Assembly: GCF_006345805.1 (NCBI RefSeq)
Contig: NC_043011.1
Coordinates: 49,798,464-49,862,463, forward strand
DNA: 64,000 nucleotides
DNA from: Octopus sinensis
Taxonomy: Eukaryota
Direction: 5' to 3'
Shown here: positions 54,029-64,000 of the stretch, piece after piece
How positions within the stretch are numbered: the stretch's first letter is position 1
How the letters are laid out: every line of letters starts with the position of its first letter
The notes under the pieces: generated by a model
The model's database searches: none
What the model was told of the DNA's origin: nothing
Seen by the model: only the letters and a program-made list of their open reading frames with translations
Made by a program: the position numbers and the translations under genes

Positions 54029-54500
54029 TGCGTATGTATGTGTACGTGATTATATATTTATTCAAATGCGTATATACATGTATTATATATGTAATGCATC
54101 ACAATACAATATATATTAGTTGACATTAAACATTATCCAATCAATGATTTCTGTCTTCCGAAATCGATATTTTATTGTTGCGAAAGTATTTCTAGTTAAT
54201 AACTAGTTACTATTGATTTCATCAAGGTAACTGAAAATCCTTTTAAGTTCAGATTTAATCATCGCAATATGCTTTCAGAAACTTTGATAGATCTTCTAAT
54301 ACAGGTTTATCGAAGTACATCTAGAGGGCAAGATATATGAATGTCAGAAAGTAATTGGAATGTATACGTACTAACCAAACGTCCTATATGGTGGTAATAG
54401 TGCTTCTGGTATGTCCAATTCTAAGAAAATGAAAATTACATATTTTCCACAGTAATCCTATCATGAACGTGCGTTCTATGTTGATATATTTCTGTCACTA
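53220..54500. repeat. Old ~380-bp inverted repeat pair around a microsatellite (foldback-like)
   Basis: e.g. ctagatttacttcgataaacc vs ggtttatcgaagtacatctag; ctagttattaact vs agttaataactag. Confidence 0.7.
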
Positions 54501-54545
54501 ATATGCATATTCATGTAATATATACACACATACTTACAAATATAC

Positions 54546-54588
<43 letters not shown>

Positions 54589-54596
54589 ATATATAT

Positions 54597-54638
<42 letters not shown>

Positions 54639-54841
54639 GTATGTTATGTATGTATGTGTATGTAGTATGTATGTATGTATGCGTGTATATATATATGGAG
54701 AGAGATTGGGTATGGGAGAGAGGGAGGGAGTTAGGGAGAAGGGAGAAAGTATTCAGAGAAATCCAACTAGAATCAATCGTATTCCATCAGATGAAGCACC
54801 CACACACACCTGTTGCTGAAACGCAAATGTGATCTACTTTA

Positions 54842-55008
54842 TAGGCGTAGGAGTGGCTGTGTGGTAAGAAACTTGCTTACGAATCACATGGTTCCGGGTT
54901 CAGTCCCACTGCGTGGCACCTTGGTGAAGTGTCTTCTACTATAGTCTCGGGCTGACCAAAGCCTTGTGAGTGGATTTGGTAGACGGAAACTGAAAGAAGC
55001 CCGTTGTA

Positions 55009-55051
<43 letters not shown>

Positions 55052-55266
55052 ATACGTTTGTGTGTCTGCGTTTGTCCCCCAACATCGCTTGACAACCGAT
55101 GCTGGTGTGTTTACATCACCGTAACTTAATGGTTCGGCAAAAGAGACCAATAGAATAAGTACTAGGCTTACAAAGAAGAAGTCCCGGGGTCGATTTGCTC
55201 GACTAAAGGCGGTGCTCCAGAATGGTCACAGTCAAATGACTGAAACAAGTCAAAGAGTAAAAGAGT
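54842..55266 (+). mobile_element. SINE family A
   Basis: Match to other copies. Confidence 0.9.
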
Positions 55267-55510
55267 ACTTAAAAATCCTTATATGCTCCATCCTCATGTT
55301 ATACACACACACACGCACACACACATATATATATGCATTTATAGATATTTGTATGTGTATGTACTGTCATTGGTTATTTAGCCTTGGACAGCCATGAATA
55401 CTTAGATAGCAGCTGTTCTTCTAATTGCTGGAGAAAATGCAGTGTAGCAGAGTAAGCTCTTACCATACAGACATTCAGTGTTAGCAACCATAATTCTTAC
55501 CGTCTTTCAA

Positions 55511-56692
55511 ATTTTGAAATAATGATATTAATGCCATTTTTGAGAGATTACTGAGAGACACTGTACATTTTCACTCGGTCCAAACCTTCCCGTTTACCCC
55601 TATATTTTCCATCATATTACAGTATCTCTATGCTATTTTAGGGGTCTTACACTCACACGGACTTCAAACGGTATCTATTTTATTGCCTTTAAATTTGACC
55701 CTTTAGACCCTTATGATTTTGCAACCCAGCTTCTCCTTCTCTCTGCTGCTATTTCATTTTGAAATAATGAAATTAATGCCATTTTTGAGAGATTACTGAG
55801 AGACACTCTACATTTTCACTCGGTCCAAAACTTCACGTTTACCCTATATTTTCCATCATATTACAGTATCTCTATGCTATTTTAGGGGTCTTACACTCAC
55901 ACGGACTTCAAACGGTATCTATTTTATTGCCTATAAAATTGACCCTTTAAACCCTTATGATTTTGCCACCCAGCTTCTCCTTCTCCCTTGAAATTAATGC
56001 CATTTTTGAGAGATTTCTGAGAGACACTGTACATTTTCACTCGGTCCAAACCTTCACATTTACCCTATATTTTCCATCATTTTACAGTATCCCTATGCTA
56101 TTTTACAGGTCTTACACTCACACGGACTTCAAACGGTATCTATTTTATTGCCTTTAAATTTGACCCTTTAGGCCCTTATGATTTTGCAACCCAGCTTCTC
56201 CTTCTCCTTCTCCTTGCCACTATTTCATTTTGAAATAATGAAATTAATGCCATTTTTGAGAGATTACTGAGAGACACTGTACATTTTCACTCGGTCCAAA
56301 CCCCCCGTTTACCCCTATATTTTCTATCATATTACAGTATCCCTATGTTATTTTAGGGGTCTTACTCTCACATGGACTTCAAACGGTATCTATTTTATTA
56401 CCTTTAAATTTGACCCTTTAGACCCTTATGATTTTGCAACCCAGCTTCTCCTTCTCCCTTGAAATTAATGCCATTTTTGAGAGATTTCTGAGAGACACTG
56501 TATATTTTCACTCGGTCCAAACCTTCACATTTACCCTATATTTTCCATCATATTACAGTATCCCTATGCTATTTTAGGGGTCCTACACTCACACGGACTT
56601 CAAACGGTATCTATTTTATTGCCTATAAATTTGACCCTTTAGACCCTTATGATTTTGCCACCCAGCTTCTCCTTCTCCCTGCCACTATTTCA
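55511..56692. repeat. Tandem array of five 221-250-bp units
   Basis: attaatgccatttttgagag at 55527, 55772, 55993, 56243, 56464. Confidence 0.95.
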
Positions 56693-57037
56693 TAAGTCCC
56701 TATTTGATATCTACGTAATATTGATTTACGCTTAATGGGACAACAATCTGAGATAACATCATGAGACATGATGAGATACCCGGTTGGACAGATTGTTTTA
56801 ATTACTGTGCAATATAAATAGAGACATTGGGAGGTAAGGGGTACGCTGTTATATAAGCAATTAATTAAAAAACTTGAAAGCAAACAAACGGCGAATGACC
56901 GATTACTTTCTATCCGTGTGTGTGTGTGGTGCACCTGAGCGTGCGTTTCTGTGTGTTTCTGTCTGTCTTCAGGAACTACGATATGTCTCCTTAGGAAGAG
57001 GCTTAAAATTAAGCAGGAATTTATATATTTTTACGCG

Positions 57038-57069
<32 letters not shown>

Positions 57070-57169
57070 TCTATATATACATACATATATATGTATGTAT
57101 ATATACATGTATTTATATACATAGACGTATAATTTCATATATGTACACACAGACACACAGACATGCATA

Positions 57170-57230
<61 letters not shown>

Positions 57231-57280
57231 TATATATGTCACGTTTTCTCTCATTTGCTTTTCTGTAGATTCTGGTGAAG

Positions 57281-57353
<73 letters not shown>

Positions 57354-57365
57354 CGGTAAAACGTA

Positions 57366-57421
<56 letters not shown>

Positions 57422-57524
57422 CGTATGCATACACAACACACACACACACATATATATATTATATTTATATATATATATCTAAACAGCAGGTCATGTATGT
57501 ATGTACATGTGTTTATGTACGTAT

Positions 57525-57750
57525 TCTTTTATTCATTTATTCTTTTGTTTCAATCATTTGACTGCGGCCATGCTGGAGCACCGCCTTTAGTCGAGCAAAT
57601 CGACCCCAGCACTTCTTCTTTTGTAAACCTAGCACTTATTCTATCGGTCTCTTTTGCCGAACCGCTAAGTTACGGGGGACATAAATACACCAGCATCGAT
57701 GAAAGATGTTGAAGGGACAAACACAGACACAAACACACACACACACACAC

Positions 57751-57795
<45 letters not shown>

Positions 57796-57958
57796 GACAA
57801 GCTTCTTTCAGTGTCCGTTTACCAAGTCCACTGACAAGGCTTTGGTCGGCCCGAGGTTATAGTAGAAGACACTCACCGAAGGTGTCACGTAGTGGCACTC
57901 AACTTGAAACCATGCTGTTGGTAAGCAAGCTGCCCACCACAGAGCCACTCCTGTGTCT
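57525..57958 (-). mobile_element. SINE family A
   Basis: Match to other copies. Confidence 0.85.
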
Positions 57959-58179
57959 ATATATACATTTTAAAAATTATCTCTAAGTGAAAACAATGCT
58001 AGCTGAAGCATTAATATACAGAGCGATCGTTTGTATCAATCTGCTATTTCAATATTACAAGGTTATTGTCCGTTGTTTGGAAAATTTACAGAGAGGATTT
58101 TTAGCTGACATATCTTCGTTGTAGTATGTGTTTGTGCGTGTGCAGGGTTATTTTATATTTTTATAGTAATCAATCAGTT

Positions 58180-58860
58180 GCATGCAGCACTTCTCTGTCT
58201 TTTATTTGCGGCCTGTACTTGTAAATTAAAATAGCTTCTTTTACTCTCAAGTTACCGATGTTTCTTTCTGTTGCTTTAATGGAAACTTCGATGTATTGTG
58301 AATGACATTTCAGTTGGAGGTTTTCGATGGAAGTAATATTAGCTTATAGCCTTTCTTTAACCAGAATATTAATTTGTGTGTTGTTACTTCTGATGTAAAA
58401 TTCATTACATTTATATACGTCATGTTATATACAACCCAGAGTCGCAGATGAGTATTTTCATTTTTGCTCGGGAACTTAGGCAATGTACATAAATGATTGT
58501 ATTATCTCGAACTGCTTTTTAGTTAGGACTCTTCTCAGGGAATATCTGTAGTCTAACAATCGTATATTTAATTCCTTATTATGGAATGCATTGCGGATTG
58601 CAGTGGCTGACTTTACGTTTAAAATGTGACAGTTGTAAAAACAAGTTGTCCTTGGATGGGCAGGTTTAGTTATGTAGTCTGTTGATGTCCTGGCATTTAG
58701 CCATTCTGTAATACATTTTCGTTTAGTAATGCAAGGTGTTGGTATTTTTGCTTCTTGCCTTGCTCCTGAATCAGATGTCAAGCGTTCCAACCATGAGAGA
58801 CCGATGCTAGATATGTCGAAAGACTTGTGGTGATTAATAATAACAATTCTCGTTTATTCC
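58180..58860 (-). pseudogene. Penelope-like element ORF C-terminus: linker plus GIY-YIG endonuclease, decayed
   Basis: AIRNAFHNKELNIRL...SLRRVL; KCNEFYIRS (YIG), INILVKERL (R-EH), NLRVKEAILIYKYRPQIKDRE (EA...P-LN). Confidence 0.75.
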
Positions 58861-58889
58861 ATCTTCCGTCATTTATTAACTGCATACAT

Positions 58890-58943
<54 letters not shown>

Positions 58944-58971
58944 TATATATATATATATATATATATATACA

Positions 58972-59374
58972 CTCTTTAACTTTTTACTCTTTTACTTGTT
59001 TCAGTCATTTGATTGCGGCCATGCTGGAGCACCGCCTTTAGTCGAGCAAATCGACCCAGGACTTATTTTTTTGTAAGTCTAGTACTTATTCTATCGGTGT
59101 CTTATGCCGAACCGCTAAGTTACGGGATCGTTAACACACCAACATCGGTTGTCAAGAAATGCTGGGGGGACAAATACAGACACAGAAACATATATATCTA
59201 TACATATATACAACGGGCTCCGTTCAGTTTCCGTCTACCAAATCCACTCACAAGACTTTGGTCGTCCAAAGGCTATAGTAGAAGACACTTGCCCGAGGTA
59301 CCACGCAGTGGGACTAAAGCCGGAACCATGTGGTTGGTAAGCAAGCTTGTCACCACACAGCCACTCCTGCGCCT
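58972..59374 (-). mobile_element. SINE family A
   Basis: Match to other copies. Confidence 0.9.
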
Positions 59375-59439
59375 ATATACACATATATATGTGGATATAC
59401 ACATATTATATATACATATATATTTACATATGTATATAT

Positions 59440-59507
<68 letters not shown>

Positions 59508-60149
59508 CATGTATGATGAATAGAGACAATTCATATATTCATGTACAGATACATACATACATACATACATATATATATGAATTATCTCTATAGTCATGAT
59601 ATTCAGAGCCTTAAGCTGGAACGCATGAAAATGTCACTTGTTGATAAATTACGCGGATACATAAATACACGGCTAAAAGCGCATACAAACACATGTGCAT
59701 ACATGTACACATACACACGCGTACACACTCATACACACACACACACATGTGCATACATGTACACATACACACGCGTACACACTCATACACACACACACAC
59801 ATATCAACGGATAAAGAGACATCAAGCAAGTTTCACTTTCAAAATGTCTTCAAGGGAATATTAAATACGTTCTATATGATGTATGATGTTCTGAAATTTT
59901 CAGAAATGCCTAGCGGGAATAGATAAAGGTATATCGCCCGGAATATGGCATAAGCGACTCCAAAGACCTAAGTGAACTTTCAGTTGGTAGTGCAGCTGGT
60001 TTCTCAGAGGGCATTCTGGGAGTTGTGTTGAACGAATCAATTTAGAGAATCATTTTCTACGACTCACCAAGATTTAGATTCATACATACCTGCCTATATA
60101 TCAATGTGTCATTGAGTGTGTGTGTGTGTGTGTGTGATGTGATTGTGTA

Positions 60150-60768
60150 ACTGCATATATATATATATATCTATGTATGAGTGTGTGTGTGTGTGTATGT
60201 ATGTGGCTGCATATATATCTATGTACAAGTGTGTGTGGCTGCATATGTATCTACGTACAAGTGTGTGTGTGTGGCTGCATATATATCTACGTACAAGTGT
60301 GTACGTGTGGCTGCATATATATCTACGTACAAGTGTGTGTGTGTGACTGCATATATATCTATGTATGAGTGTGTGCCTGTGTGTGGCTGCATATGTATCT
60401 ACGTACAAGTGTGTGTGTGTGGTTGCATATATATCTACGTACAAGTGTGTGTGTGGTGCATATATATCTACGTACAAGTGTGTGTGTGTGGCTGCATATA
60501 TATCTATGTATAAGTGCGTATATGTGGCTGCATATATATCTATGTATGAGTGTGTGCGTGTGTGTGGCTGCATATATATCTACGTACAAGTGTGTGTGTG
60601 GCTTCATATATATCTACGTACAAGTGTGTGTGCGTGTGTGTGGCTGCATATATATCTATGTACAAGTGCGTGTGCGTGGCTGCATATATATCTATGTACA
60701 AGTGCGTGTGCGTGGCTGCATATATATCTATGTACAAGTGCGTGTGCGTGGCTGCATATATATATCTA
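60150..60768. repeat. ~34-40-bp minisatellite gtggctgcatatatatcta(c/t)gtacaagtgtgt
   Basis: About 17 tandem units with variable (TG)n. Confidence 0.92.
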
Positions 60769-61099
60769 AGGGCGAGAGAGTGTGTGTGTGTGTGTGTGTG
60801 CATGAAACTGTATATATGTCTATGTTTGTGTGTGTGTGACTGCCTAAATATGTGTGTGTGCGTGTATATATCTGTCTGAGTGTAGACACAAGTGCGTACG
60901 GATGCACAAGGGCCCAATGTGCTATACAAATAAAACAGGGACACATTTTCTCTCTCTCTCTCTCTCTCTGTCCGTCTATCAAAGAGACACAGATTCATAT
61001 ACATGTATATATATATATATACACACACACGTGTGGTTGTGTCTGTGTGTTTGTGTGCGTGTGTGTGCGTGTACTTCTATATGCATGCATACATATGTT

Positions 61100-61139
<40 letters not shown>

Positions 61140-61625
61140 AACTTATATACTTGAGACGGCAATCATATATCAGTCCGTCTGTCTGTGTGGCCACATCTTT
61201 CTGTTTATCTTTTTCCTCACCTCTGTATACACACACACACACACACACGTATGTATGTATGCATGCATGCATGTATGTATGTATGTATGTATGTAGGTAT
61301 GTATGTAGGTAGGTAGGTAGGTAGGTAGGTATACACAATATACACACACGACGATAGAAACAGTGAGACATACATATATGCAGGGACACTTATACACACA
61401 CACATATATATACACACATACATACATATATATAAATTCATATACTTATATATTATTATGATATCTTCGTGTAAATATATATTTAAATATAAATATACAT
61501 ACATAAAAACTTATGTGTGTGTGTATGCATATATATTTATATATATATACATATATATATATACATATATATATATAAATATACATATATAAACACACAC
61601 ATATATGTGTATATATATATCTATA

Positions 61626-61676
<51 letters not shown>

Positions 61677-61695
61677 TATATGCAGTTAGATAGAC

Positions 61696-61766
<71 letters not shown>

Positions 61767-62372
61767 GATAATAAATAGACAGAAAGACAGATAGATTGAT
61801 TGATACAAATTCACGACTACGTATGTATGAACATATCACTGTGGACACTTATGTACGTATATGCTTGAATATATATATATGCACGTTCATGTGTGAGTAT
61901 GCGTGCATGTGTGTGTGTGTGTGTTAATGTTACCGAGTGGATTAATTATTGTTTGTCTAATGTGTGTAATTAGCATCTGTTCCATTTGTCTCTCACATCT
62001 CTCCAATTCCTGATGCGCACCCCTGCTGTCCACTCTCAACACCGAAAAACTCCATGCTATTGTGAGTAAATACAATAATTGTAGGCTTTTATCGTTATCT
62101 TTCGGCTATTCGTTCGTTTATCCATTCGTACATTCTTACACTCTCGAACACCTTTAATATCTTATTCCTCTGCCTTGTCGTTTCTTTCTTCTTTCTCTCT
62201 TTCGTGCACGCTTTCTTACAACAGCAAACACAACTACTACCACCACCACCACCACCACCACCACAGCAACAAAACAACATCACAGCTTCCAGTACTAGAT
62301 TTTTAAAAATTTATAAACGCACGGTTGTTATACATATGTGTGTGTATATGTGTGTGAGTGTGTGTGCGTATA

Positions 62373-62410
<38 letters not shown>

Positions 62411-62974
62411 AATGTATGTATATATGCAAACACCCATGCACGAGTAGATCTGTAAAGGAAGGAAAATAGTGTTCAATACATTAAGTGGTGATGTGCGTTT
62501 TTTTGCGGATGTGCCTATGACTACGAAACTTTGAGTAATGTGGTGCTAAGTCAACACGTTGTGTGCTATTGAGTGACTTTGCGAGGGTATGCGTGTGAGT
62601 GACTGTGTATGGGTTGGGTGTGTCTGTAAAATATTAAGCGAGACTTGCATTTTTTATTATATATATATATAATATAAATAATACATAGATATATGCATAT
62701 ATATATATACATACATATACGTACATACCTACATATGTATGTATATATACATGCATATATGGGTACAGGACATAAAAAAACGTTGAACCCGATGAGAAAG
62801 GAAAACATTAAAAAAAACATAGAAATGATCTTTTTTTCGAACAACGAAAAAAATAAACAGAGAAACGAAACATGCAACATAAAAAATATTCCCCCCCTTC
62901 AGTTGTCCCTGTTTCATCTATTCCGCGTTCGAAGGCAAGGACAATACGCTACTTCGTTGCAGTAGTCCTTCCCG

Positions 62975-63009
<35 letters not shown>

Positions 63010-63421
63010 CAATATTTCTTTTCGTTTGCTGCCCCGTCTTCAGGATGAAGTGATGTTGAGATATGTTACTGTCACTTTATACCACGCTAGGTCAAGTTGT
63101 TTAAGGTAGAACTGTGACGCATGATGTGGCAGCCTGGGTGAACCACTAATGTCTACGAAACTTCAAGTAATGCGGAGTTAACATGTTATGAAACATTTGT
63201 GTGCGTGCGTGTGGGTATGTGTGTGTGTATGCGTGTGCGTGGGCGCGTCTTGGAAGTTTTGTATACGTATAGTTTGTACAGGTGGATTGAGAACAGCATT
63301 GTTTTCTCATGTTAACCTCACCAAAGTTTTGTGGGCCACACCAATTGTAATTTTTAAGGAATATATAAGTTTAACAAGAAGTTTGTTTTAAGTGGCCGAA
63401 AGCGAACACTGTCTGCTTACA

Positions 63422-63680
63422 CAGCAATAGTTTTCAACCGGGGTCCACGTGGCCCTTGCAGGCCTATTTAAGATTTTGCTGTCAAAATTTATATGCAGTA
63501 AATTGGTTATATTTCCAAAATGCAGAAAATATCTTTACAATTTTTATACAATCCCTAATAATTTTTTTAAGTATAAAAGTATGTTGTTGTTTTGTGTTTT
63601 CTCAATTGCTTATGGGATCCATCTGAGTAAAATAGGAATCAAAGGCGTCAATAGGCAAAAAATGGTTGAGAACCTCTCTT
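63422..63680. mobile_element. hAT-like MITE
   Basis: tagttttcaacc ... ggttgagaacc termini. Confidence 0.45.
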
Positions 63681-63698
63681 ATACAGCATCAACAAGAG

Positions 63699-64000
63699 TA
63701 ATTCCCTCCGCCTTAGCGAAATTAGAGGTATTGTTTTCAGTCGTATTTGTTTGTTTGTCTGTCCGTGGACAAGATATCTCAAGAACCGCTGGATGGATTC
63801 GGAGGAAACTTTCAGGGATGTTTGGCCTCGTGATTGGCACAAACTGATTAGATTTTGGTACCGGACAAGGATTCTGGATTATTTTTCCTCCTGCTTTTAC
63901 TTAATTTTTGAGCGTGGTCGGGTTCATTTTTAGTATTCTCGTTTGTGAGAGCTGTTGAGTTTATTTCATATATTCGCATTTTAAAAATCATCTCTGGCTA
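63699..64000 (+). mobile_element. Helentron/DINE-1-like non-autonomous element, runs off the window
   Basis: ctccgcc..ag.ggt hairpin, (tttg)n-tctgtccgt, gatatctcaagaaccgctggatggatt. Confidence 0.5.

Noticed and set aside
60150-60768. Regular ~36-bp repeats resembling a CRISPR array
   Set aside because: No unique spacers, eukaryotic context, no cas genes; a simple minisatellite

Overview
AT-rich, microsatellite-saturated eukaryotic non-coding DNA with no supportable host gene. The SINE repertoire and composition suggest an octopus/coleoid cephalopod (inference from recalled repeat types, not a database match). Most listed ORFs are (TA)n/(CA)n/(AAT)n/(TATC)n artefacts. Real content: many tRNA-derived SINEs (at least three families), remnants of R4/Dong, RTE, CR1-type, HERO-like and Tx1-like LINEs, Tc1 and mariner relics, MITEs, a Helitron, a decayed Penelope GIY-YIG ORF, a possible Polinton capsid relic and two tandem arrays. 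The main unexplained signal is about 13 type I hammerhead ribozyme (HHR) motifs from roughly 9 sequence-unrelated short non-coding elements. Most sit in (TA)n tracts and show the inverted-arm/tandem-repeat architecture of Penelope-type integration. One is a tRNA-headed SINE carrying an HHR, and some have variant cores (CUGUAGA, CCGACGA). Folding and coordinates were read by eye, so ends are approximate.
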